Below are positions 28,880 through 37,102 of a stretch of 64,000 nucleotides of DNA, in pieces; the stretch's first letter is position 1; the number at the start of each line of letters is the position of its first letter. Both the position numbers and the translations under genes were made by a program. This DNA comes from an uncultured Candidatus Saccharibacteria bacterium (GTDB taxonomy: Bacteria > Patescibacteriota > Minisyncoccia > Phycocordibacterales > WO2-35-19), in assembly GCA_964464975.1 (NCBI GenBank), contig CAYXKV010000001.1, positions 457 to 64,456 on the forward strand, written 5' to 3'. The notes under the pieces were generated by a model, which saw only the letters and a list, made by a program, of their open reading frames with translations, had not been told where the DNA came from and did not search any database.

Positions 28880-30540
28880 TGCTTACATGTAATTTTGATC
28901 CACCTTTTTATTTTTTATTTTCGGAAAATATTCCGGGGCTGGTTTATTATTCTCATTTTTCGGCAATTCTGATCGGCCTTTCGCTTATTTTTTATCTTTT
29001 AATTAAGGCAAAAAAGGAGCTGACCACAAAAGCTCTTATTTTGATGCTTGTACCATTCAGTTTGTGGGTACTTTTTGATTCTGTCTTTTGGGCAAGCAAT
29101 AGAAGCGACATAATTATGTTTGTCTGGTCGCTCCAGATCTTGTTTGAGCCTATCACTTACCTAGGTGCCGTTTACCTCATGTATATATTATCAAAAAAAA
29201 TGGACATGCCTTTCCCTGGGAAACTGACCTTGGGAATAATTTTTTTGCCCTTAATTATTTTTAGCCCAACAAGGTATTTCTTACCTGCATTTGACATATC
29301 AAGCTGCTTAAGCGTGGAAACAATATGGTCGTATTACACCTATGTGATAGAGACCATCGCAATAATCTGGATAGCTATTTTTGCCATAAGGGAATACAGG
29401 AAGAGAACATCTTTCAAAGAGAGGGGCCAGATTTTGTTTATGTCTATCGGCCTCATTCTGTTTTTGCTTGCTTTTGCGTCAGGCAACATTATCGGCAGCC
29501 TTACTGGGGATTGGAACGTGGCTCAAATCGGTTTGATCGGTGCGCCGCTTCTTATGGGCTTCCTCTCTTATGCCGTATCGAGATTTCAGGCCTTCAATGT
29601 AAAACTTCTTTCAACAGAAATACTCGTGCTTATTTTGTGGATTGTGCTCTGTTCGGTGCTATTTGTGCAAAATATAGAAATTGCCAGAGTTATAGTTTCT
29701 TTTACCCTTATTGTATTTATTATAGCCGGCATACTTTTGGTAAAATCAGTTAGCCGTGAAGTTGAACAAAGGGAACGCATCGAAAAGCTGCTTGAAAAAC
29801 TTGAAATAGCAAACATGAGGCTCAAAGAGCTTGACCAGATGAAGTCCGAATTTCTATCGCTTGCGACCCACCAGATACGAAGCCCGCTTACGGCTATCAA
29901 AGGCTACGCCTCTATGCTTTTAGACGGCGACTACGGCGAGCTTCCGAAGGAAGCCAAAAATTCTGTGAACATCATCATGCGCTCTTGTCAAAACTTGGTA
30001 AATATTGTCAACGATTTCCTGAACATTTCGCGCATTGAGCAGGGCAGGATGGTTTATGACAAAAGCGTTTTCAACATAGGCGATCTGGTATCCGAAGTCA
30101 TAAACCAATACAAGCCCAATCTCGAGGACGCCAAGCTGTCCTTATCGGTAAACATTCCAGAAAGCCCTATTCCTATTGAGGCCGACAAAGACAAGCTCAA
30201 GCAGATAGTGGGCAATATCGTAGACAACGCTATCAAATACACTAAAAAGGGCGAGGTCAGGGTGTCCGTTTCGGAGTCGGGGAAGGAAGTGGTAATTGAA
30301 GTAAAAGATACAGGCATAGGCATCGAACCTTTTGAAATTGAAAACCTTTTCATGAAATTTTTTAGAACTCGCGAAGCCCATAGAAAAAACATTTCAGGGT
30401 CAGGATTGGGCCTTTATATAGCGAGAAAAATTGCCGAGGCCCATGGGGGCACCATAGAGGCTCACTCCGAGGGTATAGGCAAGGGTAGTACTTTCAAAAT
30501 TATTTTGCCCAAACTAAATACCCGCTTTGCGGGTATTTAG
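28879..30540 (+). CDS. Sensor histidine kinase with a multi-TM N-terminal sensor domain (orphan)
   Basis: HisKA H-box SEFLSLATHQIRSPLTAI. HATPase_c motifs (VDNAIKYT, DTGIGI, GSGLGL). ATG overlaps the upstream stop (TAATG). Confidence 0.75.
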   Translation: MLTCNFDPPFYFLFSENIPGLVYYSHFSAILIGLSLIFYLLIKAKKELTTKALILMLVPFSLWVLFDSVFWASNRSDIIMFVWSLQILFEPITYLGAVYLMYILSKKMDMPFPGKLTLGIIFLPLIIFSPTRYFLPAFDISSCLSVETIWSYYTYVIETIAIIWIAIFAIREYRKRTSFKERGQILFMSIGLILFLLAFASGNIIGSLTGDWNVAQIGLIGAPLLMGFLSYAVSRFQAFNVKLLSTEILVLILWIVLCSVLFVQNIEIARVIVSFTLIVFIIAGILLVKSVSREVEQRERIEKLLEKLEIANMRLKELDQMKSEFLSLATHQIRSPLTAIKGYASMLLDGDYGELPKEAKNSVNIIMRSCQNLVNIVNDFLNISRIEQGRMVYDKSVFNIGDLVSEVINQYKPNLEDAKLSLSVNIPESPIPIEADKDKLKQIVGNIVDNAIKYTKKGEVRVSVSESGKEVVIEVKDTGIGIEPFEIENLFMKFFRTREAHRKNISGSGLGLYIARKIAEAHGGTIEAHSEGIGKGSTFKIILPKLNTRFAGI

Positions 30541-30560
30541 TGAGAACCTTACAGCCTGTT

Positions 30561-31556
30561 TTAATTCTGGGTCGTAAAAGTGAATTCAGGAGACCTGCTT
30601 ACATTGTTTGAGCTGTCTTTGGATTCAACAAGTGCAAAGTATGTGGTGCTTGTATCCAGGTTTACAAGTTCGATCATATTGGTAGTGGTTGTGGCAGGTT
30701 TTTCCACAGACAAAGTTGAAGAACTTGTAATATTTACAGGAGTAGTCGTCGAGTAATAGACCTTTGAAGTTGCCAGTTCATTGGTGCCCCACAGGATTTT
30801 TGCCGAAGTTGTGCCTACAAGAGCCACGACTGTCGATATGACCGGAGGAGTGGTATCGGAGATAACGGGGACATCTTTGGTCTTAAATGAGAATTCGCTT
30901 GAGACAGATGTGTTGTTCGATGAGTCAGTCGACTTCACTTTTGCGTAGTATGTAGTGGTAGCACTAAGGCCTGTGAGGGTCATAACATGGTTTTTGACCA
31001 TATTGCCGTTTACAAGCTTTGAAACAGTGCTGCTTGATACGTCAATTCCCGAAAGGACGCTCCAGCAAATTGTGCTGTTCGAATTTTCGTTTGTAGTCCA
31101 GCTAACAGTAGCGCTATTATGGGTGGTTGAAATCACAATATTAGATATTACCGGCGCGGAAGTGTCAGGGGTTGAGGTGCCGTGGGTAGTGCCTCTAAAT
31201 TTTTTTGCAATGCCGAAAGGCAAGACACAATCTTCGCTCACAGATAATGAACCAAAATTCTTTATCCACCCGGGAGCTATGAGGTGCCCTAAAGCTTTGA
31301 AGCACTTCTTTGCGCCACCGTTTCCATTTTCTGAGGAAACATTAACGCCGGAGATGATCTTTTTATCATCATCTTCATTTTCATTTTCGACTTCAATTTC
31401 TATTTTTTGGGATTTGCCTATTTTTTGTTCTAACTTGACCTTGCCCTGCACCCCTTTGCCGTTGCTTTTGTCGCTTTTGGCAAAAGCGAAAGCCGGAGCA
31501 AAGGCGAAAGACATAACTGTCACAAAAACAATGATACCCTTGAATACGTTTTTCAT
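30561..31556 (-). CDS. Secreted protein with two fibronectin type III-like repeats
   Basis: Signal peptide MKNVFKGIIVFVTVMSFAFAPAFAFA. Repeated ...TTHNSATVSWTT... and YYAKVKSTDSSNN Fn3 signatures. Confidence 0.55.
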   Translation of the reverse strand: MKNVFKGIIVFVTVMSFAFAPAFAFAKSDKSNGKGVQGKVKLEQKIGKSQKIEIEVENENEDDDKKIISGVNVSSENGNGGAKKCFKALGHLIAPGWIKNFGSLSVSEDCVLPFGIAKKFRGTTHGTSTPDTSAPVISNIVISTTHNSATVSWTTNENSNSTICWSVLSGIDVSSSTVSKLVNGNMVKNHVMTLTGLSATTTYYAKVKSTDSSNNTSVSSEFSFKTKDVPVISDTTPPVISTVVALVGTTSAKILWGTNELATSKVYYSTTTPVNITSSSTLSVEKPATTTTNMIELVNLDTSTTYFALVESKDSSNNVSRSPEFTFTTQN

Positions 31557-31684
31557 AAGCCTTTTTTATCTAAATTACCTTGTAATACAATGTAAGACGC
31601 TGGGCTTTGCCGACTCTTTCATGGACAAATTCTTTAGTTCATTGTATTATATGAAATAAACGCGGCACTTGCGCGTCTAAATAT

Positions 31685-32215
31685 ATGGTGGATAGGGAAA
31701 TCGAAAGCCGGTTCTCGGCTATATACGGCAAGGAGGCGGACGCTCTTTTCAGATATGTTTTGCTTAGAGTTTCCGACCGCGAAGAGGCTCTGGATATTAC
31801 TTCCGGTGTATTTGGCAAACTCTGGGAGCTTCTAACGGCAGGAGAGAAAATACGAGACCATAGAGCTTTCATTTTTACCGTTGCACGCAACAGGGTGATC
31901 GACTGGTACCGCAAACGCAGGCCTATCTCCCTAGATAAGCTCATGGAGCCGGACGAAAATGAAGATGGGCCGGCATTCCAGGTTCCTGATGATTCGGCAG
32001 ACGGCAAGATAGAGGCATTTTCAGAGGGAAAGCTGGTGCTCGAAGCCTTGTCCAAAGTCCCAAGAAGCCTCGGAGATACCCTTTACTTAAGATTCGTAGA
32101 AGGGCTTGAGATAGAAGAAATCGGGAAGATAATGGGTATCACGAGCAATGCCGTATCGATACGGATAAACAGGGGGATAGAGGAACTTAAAAAAATACTT
32201 AGAATAGAAAAATAA
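31685..32215 (+). CDS. ECF-type RNA polymerase sigma factor
   Basis: Region 2 (FIFTVARNRVIDWYRKRR) and region 4 (LYLRFVEGLEIEEIGKIMGITSNAVSIRINRG). Confidence 0.75.
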   Translation: MVDREIESRFSAIYGKEADALFRYVLLRVSDREEALDITSGVFGKLWELLTAGEKIRDHRAFIFTVARNRVIDWYRKRRPISLDKLMEPDENEDGPAFQVPDDSADGKIEAFSEGKLVLEALSKVPRSLGDTLYLRFVEGLEIEEIGKIMGITSNAVSIRINRGIEELKKILRIEK

Positions 32216-32223
32216 ATTTTGAG

Positions 32224-32910
32224 ATGGACGACAAATTTAAAAAAGGAATAGGAGAGATTAAAAAAATCAAACTTTCAAAAAGCGAAAAGGAGATGATTTT
32301 GATGCGGGTGATGAGGGCAGGCAGGAAAAGCAAGCCTTCTAGCCTTTATCCATTTTTCGGGTTTTGGCAATCGTTTAGCGCAAACCATCATATCTTCGCG
32401 TATGCGGTAACTCCGCTTGTTGTAATAGCCTTGATAGTAGGCACCTCATCGTACGGCGCCGAGGCTTCGCTCCCTGGCGACACCCTGTACCCGCTCAAAC
32501 TCAATTTGAACGAAGAGGTTCGGGGGCTTGTGAGCATGACTCCGGAAGGCAAGATTTCCTGGGAGGCTCAAAGGGCTGTGCGCAGGATCGAAGAAGCGGT
32601 CTCTCTTGCCTCAGACGGTAAACTGGACGAGGAAAGCTTTAAAGAGATCGAGAAGAATTTCGACAAGCATTTTGATAAAGTTGAGAATTCCTCTGGCAAG
32701 GCGGACGGAGCGACATCGACTGAAAAGGTGATTGAAATAAAGAAGGAGCTAGACAAAAAACTTGAAGAACAGGCAAAAAAACTCGGAGAGATAAGCGAGA
32801 AAGAGGATGACGGCAACAAAGAGAGAGCTAGAGCTCTGGAGAAGAAAATCAGAGAGAAAATAAAGGATAAGGAAGGGAAAGGAAGAGAGGATTCAAGTAA
32901 AGAAGATTGA
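32224..32910 (+). CDS. Putative anti-sigma factor / single-TM membrane protein with a charged C-terminal domain
   Basis: Directly downstream of the ECF sigma gene. One TM helix followed by an extracytoplasmic K/E-rich domain. Confidence 0.4.
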   Translation: MDDKFKKGIGEIKKIKLSKSEKEMILMRVMRAGRKSKPSSLYPFFGFWQSFSANHHIFAYAVTPLVVIALIVGTSSYGAEASLPGDTLYPLKLNLNEEVRGLVSMTPEGKISWEAQRAVRRIEEAVSLASDGKLDEESFKEIEKNFDKHFDKVENSSGKADGATSTEKVIEIKKELDKKLEEQAKKLGEISEKEDDGNKERARALEKKIREKIKDKEGKGREDSSKED

Positions 32911-32911
32911 A

Positions 32912-33076
32912 ATAAAAAAACGCTGCCCCTCTGGGGAGACTGCGCTTAAACCTCGGCTCTGGCCGGAGGAGTCACCTCGGCCAAGGTCTAAGCGAGTCTA
33001 CGACCCAGAGGGCGGTGCTTGCGGGAAGTCTGCACCCTATCCACCCCCCGCAAACTGATTAGCTTTTTCAGCTCTA
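32912..33076 (-). ncRNA. Unclassified ~165-nt GC-rich structured small RNA with its own promoter and intrinsic terminator
   Basis: On the minus strand, CTTGACA (33105-33111), a 17-nt spacer and TATACT (33082-33087) form a promoter. The body is strongly GC-rich and self-complementary. The 3' end is a hairpin ccccagagggg followed by UUUUUUU at 32913-32936. Confidence 0.4.
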
Positions 33077-33179
33077 ATAATAGTATAAACCCATCGAGCC
33101 GTCCTGTCAAGCCTCCAATCCACAGCTTATCGGAACCTCTTTTGTAGTGTTGGCTTATATGATTTTGTAAAATAAGCCT

Positions 33180-34814
33180 ATGACCCAAAAAGAGGCGCTT
33201 GATATTTTAAAGACTGGGAGGAATGTTTTCCTGACAGGTGCGGCTGGTAGCGGCAAAACCCATGTCATACGCGAATATATAAATTTTCTCAAAGGACTTG
33301 GGGCGAACATAGGAATCACCGCTTCGACCGGCATAGCCGCGACCCACATGGGCGGCATAACTATTCACTCCTGGTCAGGCATAGGCATAAGAGATTCTCT
33401 CAAAAAAGAAGAGATAACAGAGATTGCAGAAAAGCAGCACGTCAAACGGAAAGTCCGGGACGCTAAAGTGCTTCTGATCGACGAGATCTCGATGCTTCAC
33501 CATTTCCGGCTTGATATGGTTGATGTAGTGCTTAGGGAAATCAAAGGAGTAAGCGAGCCTTTTGGCGGTATGCAGGTTGTTTTGGTCGGAGATTTTTTTC
33601 AGTTGCCGCCTGTATTCAGGCGCGGAGAGAGAGGGGGGAGATTTGCGTACCACTCAAACGCCTGGAAAGATCTTTCCCCTAAGGTCTGCTACCTATCCGA
33701 ACAGCACAGGCAAAATGATGCTCAGTTTATCAATATTTTAAATTCCATAAGGCTCTCCAAATCGCCGGATGAAATTTTAAAATCCCTCCAAGTGAGGCTC
33801 GGTGTTAAGCCCCGCGACATCCACACCAGGCTATATTCGTTGAACAAGGACGTTGATTTTGAAAACGAAATCGAGCTTCAGAAAATCAAAGGTCCAGCCA
33901 CAGAGTTTCAAATGATGAGCCGCGGCAGGAAGAGTCTTGTCGAAGCACTCAAGAAAAGCTGTCTCGCCCCAGAAAATCTGCGATTGAAAGGGGGGGCTAA
34001 GGTGATGTTCGTTAAAAACAACTTTGAGGAAGGCTATGTGAACGGCACTATGGGCACAGTCGTAGAGTGCAGAAGCAAAAGCATAAAGGTAAGAACCACT
34101 TCGGGAGAGACTATAGACGTCGAGACAGCAAGCTGGGCCATTGAGGAGAACGGCAGAGTGCTCGCTGAGATCATACAATACCCTCTACGGCTCGCCTGGG
34201 CCATTACCATTCACAAGAGCCAGGGTATGTCTCTTGATTCGGCCCTTATTGATCTGTCAAATTCTTTTGAGAAAGGTATGGGCTATGTCGCCCTGTCGAG
34301 AGTGCGTTCGCTTGAAGGACTTTTTCTTAAGGATATCAATCCTAAAGCCCTTGAGGTCGACCCTGATGTGCAGACGGTGGATGTCAAATTCAGGGAAGAT
34401 TCAAGCGCCAATTCTTTCCATGTTAGGAACATGAGCAAAGAGAAACTGCGCAGACTTCATAGCGAATTTGAAAATAATGTAAGGGTCGAGAAGAAAGACA
34501 GGAAGCTAAGCACAGTGGAAGAAACCAAACTCATGCTCGACTCTGGCGCCAGCGTCAAAGATATCGCCAAGGCGCGCCGCCTCAAGCCGGGCACCATTAT
34601 CGAACATATAGAAGAAATCAAAAGAGAAGAGCCCGGATACAATATAAGAAACTTGCATCGCACCATCCCAGAGGCCAAGTTCAGGCAAATTTACAGCGCT
34701 TTCCGCAAGACCGGGATTTCGCCGGGTGGCGAGTATCGCCTGTCTCCGGTTAAGGAGCTTTTGGGCTCCAAGTACTCCTACGACGACCTCCGCCTAGTCC
34801 GGTTGTTTTTGTAG
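33180..34814 (+). CDS. PIF1-like ATP-dependent DNA helicase with a C-terminal HTH
   Basis: Walker A (GAAGSGKTH), Walker B (LLIDEISM), and the Pif1 signature GDFFQLPPV. Confidence 0.75.
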   Translation: MTQKEALDILKTGRNVFLTGAAGSGKTHVIREYINFLKGLGANIGITASTGIAATHMGGITIHSWSGIGIRDSLKKEEITEIAEKQHVKRKVRDAKVLLIDEISMLHHFRLDMVDVVLREIKGVSEPFGGMQVVLVGDFFQLPPVFRRGERGGRFAYHSNAWKDLSPKVCYLSEQHRQNDAQFINILNSIRLSKSPDEILKSLQVRLGVKPRDIHTRLYSLNKDVDFENEIELQKIKGPATEFQMMSRGRKSLVEALKKSCLAPENLRLKGGAKVMFVKNNFEEGYVNGTMGTVVECRSKSIKVRTTSGETIDVETASWAIEENGRVLAEIIQYPLRLAWAITIHKSQGMSLDSALIDLSNSFEKGMGYVALSRVRSLEGLFLKDINPKALEVDPDVQTVDVKFREDSSANSFHVRNMSKEKLRRLHSEFENNVRVEKKDRKLSTVEETKLMLDSGASVKDIAKARRLKPGTIIEHIEEIKREEPGYNIRNLHRTIPEAKFRQIYSAFRKTGISPGGEYRLSPVKELLGSKYSYDDLRLVRLFL

Positions 34815-34884
34815 TTATCGCCAATAAATCTCATTTTTCCATATTAAGGACAAGAGGGATAATTTCTGGTACCTTAGAAGAGCC

Positions 34885-35808
34885 ATGGAAAGCATAAAAA
34901 TTCAGTTAGGGGAGCTCAAGGGTTACAAGCTTTTGGATTGCGGTGAGAAGCAAAAGCTTGAAGAAGTCGGAGGTATAAGGATAGTAAGAAGCGAGCCAAG
35001 AGCGTGGTGGAAGAAGAGCCTGCCGGAGAATGAATGGGGGAAGGCCCAGGCGGCCTTTGAATCTGAAAATCAAAAGTCCTGGAAGTTTGCACAAGACTTA
35101 GCCTTGAACGAAGCAGTTGTTAACATAGGCATAGAAGGTATAAAGGCCAAAGTAAGGTTTGGTGGAAGATCCAAACATATAGGGATTTTTCCTGAGCAGG
35201 CGGGGCAGTGGAGGTGGATAAGGGATAGAATTATGAATCATAAGTCAGGAATTATGGGAGAAAAAAAAGAGGAAAGGAAATTGAATATTTTAAATTTGTT
35301 TGGATACACTGGGATAGCGAGCCTGGTAGCGGTCGCGTCAGACGCGGCAGTCAAAGTTACTCACGTGGACGCCTCCGCGCAGTCAATTAATTGGGCTAAG
35401 GTGAATCAGAGGATTTCAGGGCTAGAAAACGCGCCCATCCGCTGGGTTGTTGATGATGTTTTGAAATTCATAAAAAGAGAAATTAAAAGAGGCGAGAGGT
35501 ATAACGCCATCATACTGGACCCGCCAAGCTACGGCAGGGGGCCAAAAGGCGAGGTTTGGAAGGCAGAGGAGAAGCTCGGAGAACTCTTAGAGAGTTGCGG
35601 AATGCTTTTAACCGATAGGCCCCTTTTTGTTTTGTTCAATATGTATTCGACCGAGCTTTCATCACTATCGTTGCGAAATATGCTTGTGGATATGGTTCCG
35701 CAGAGTATCGCAAAGGAAGGTCATTTCGAGTGCGGAGAGCATGCAATCAGACAGGCAAATTCGTCCCGCCTCCTTCCAATGTCCATCTTTGCGCTGTGGA
35801 CCGAATGA
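34885..35808 (+). CDS. Class I SAM-dependent RNA methyltransferase (RlmI/YccW-like)
   Basis: PUA-like N-terminus, then a Rossmann MTase domain (LNLFGYTGIASLVAV...ILDPPSY). Confidence 0.6.
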   Translation: MESIKIQLGELKGYKLLDCGEKQKLEEVGGIRIVRSEPRAWWKKSLPENEWGKAQAAFESENQKSWKFAQDLALNEAVVNIGIEGIKAKVRFGGRSKHIGIFPEQAGQWRWIRDRIMNHKSGIMGEKKEERKLNILNLFGYTGIASLVAVASDAAVKVTHVDASAQSINWAKVNQRISGLENAPIRWVVDDVLKFIKREIKRGERYNAIILDPPSYGRGPKGEVWKAEEKLGELLESCGMLLTDRPLFVLFNMYSTELSSLSLRNMLVDMVPQSIAKEGHFECGEHAIRQANSSRLLPMSIFALWTE

Positions 35809-35825
35809 TAAGCAGAATACTACAA

Positions 35826-35855
35826 CATTCTTATATTCTGCAGAATGTTGGAATG
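35826..35855. promoter_or_regulatory. 30-bp palindromic operator-like site, copy 3 (cattcTTATATTCTGCAGAATGTTGGAATg), upstream of trpS
   Basis: Same dyad as at 22817 and 23121. Extended -10 TGCTAATAT follows at about 35900-35917. Confidence 0.45.
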
Positions 35856-35923
35856 AGAATAAATGGCGGTCGAAGTATGGGTAGAGTGTTATGAATAAGC
35901 GTTATTTGTGCTAATATTGTGGC

Positions 35924-36940
35924 ATGGGAAAAACTTCAGACAGCAAGAGTGCCCGAACTATACTTTCAGGGGTAAAGCCAACGGGTAGGCCCCACTTGGG
36001 AAATTATTTTGGAGCCATGAGGCAGTTTGTGGAGCTTCAGAATGGCAGCAACCCTGACGTCGAGGTCGGCACTTCATATTTTATGATAGCCGATTATCAT
36101 GCTTTGAATTTCGTCCAGAATGCAGAAGAGATGCGCAGACTCTCGCTTGGAGTAGCTCTCGATTTTTTGGCTATCGGCCTCAATCCGGAGAGGTCAGTTA
36201 TTTTTAAACAGTCAGAAGTTCCCGAGCACACCGAGCTTGCTTGGATCTTCGACTCGATCACAACTATTCCTTATCTCAAGCGCGCCCACGCTTACAAGGA
36301 CGCGACAGCAAAAGGCGGAGAAGAAGATGTTTCCGCAGGCACATTCACGTACCCCATGCTTATGGCTGCAGATATTTTGCTATACGACACCGACCTTGTC
36401 CCTGTGGGTCAAGACCAGAAGCAGCACATCGAATACGCTCGTGACACCGCCGAGAAGTTCAATAGGATTTTTGGCGCTTCGAATTCACTCACCGCAGGCA
36501 ATATTTTCAAATTACCTGATGAATATATATTGAAAGATGTCGAAATCGTACCCGGCACAGACGGCCGCAAAATGAGCAAAAGTTATGGCAACACCATAAG
36601 CCTCTTTGCGGAAGAGAGCGAGATCGAGGAGAAGGTTATGGGTATTGTTACGGACTCAGAGGGGGAAAGGCCAGAAAATGTTTATAAGATCCATAGGCTG
36701 GTAAGGGACGAGGCGGAGCTTCAAAAAATCTATGAGGAGAACAGGGGCAAGTATAAAATGATCAAAGAAATACTCATAGACGATCTTAAAAACTTCATCC
36801 GACCACTCAGGGAAAAGAGGGGGGAGATTTCAAGGGATTTGAGTTTTGTGGAAAGAGTGCTTAAAAAAGGCAGTGAAAAGGCCCGCGCAGCGGCGGGCCT
36901 CAAAATGGGATTGGTTCGGAGTGTTATCGGCGTTCGATAG
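35924..36940 (+). CDS. trpS: Tryptophanyl-tRNA synthetase
   Basis: Class I fold: GVKPTGRPHLGNYFGA, KMSKSYGN. Confidence 0.9.
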   Translation: MGKTSDSKSARTILSGVKPTGRPHLGNYFGAMRQFVELQNGSNPDVEVGTSYFMIADYHALNFVQNAEEMRRLSLGVALDFLAIGLNPERSVIFKQSEVPEHTELAWIFDSITTIPYLKRAHAYKDATAKGGEEDVSAGTFTYPMLMAADILLYDTDLVPVGQDQKQHIEYARDTAEKFNRIFGASNSLTAGNIFKLPDEYILKDVEIVPGTDGRKMSKSYGNTISLFAEESEIEEKVMGIVTDSEGERPENVYKIHRLVRDEAELQKIYEENRGKYKMIKEILIDDLKNFIRPLREKRGEISRDLSFVERVLKKGSEKARAAAGLKMGLVRSVIGVR

Positions 36941-37102
36941 TCTCCTCGTCCTTGTCTTCTTGCCGCCAGTACTTGTATGTAGCGATAGCGGCAATGACAA
37001 AGGCGATAGCTATCGGTGAAAAGATCCGTTCGATAAAAAAAGCAAAATCTTCTTCCATATCCGCAAAATAGTATAGTTTAAATAAATCATTTTGTCAATT
37101 TT

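Noticed and set aside
32912-33076. Assigning the GC-rich sRNA to SRP RNA, tmRNA or RNase P RNA
   Set aside because: No SRP helix-8 GGAA/AGCAG motif. No tmRNA tag-peptide ORF or T-arm/ACCA 3' end. Too short and missing the P4 strands for RNase P. Left unclassified.
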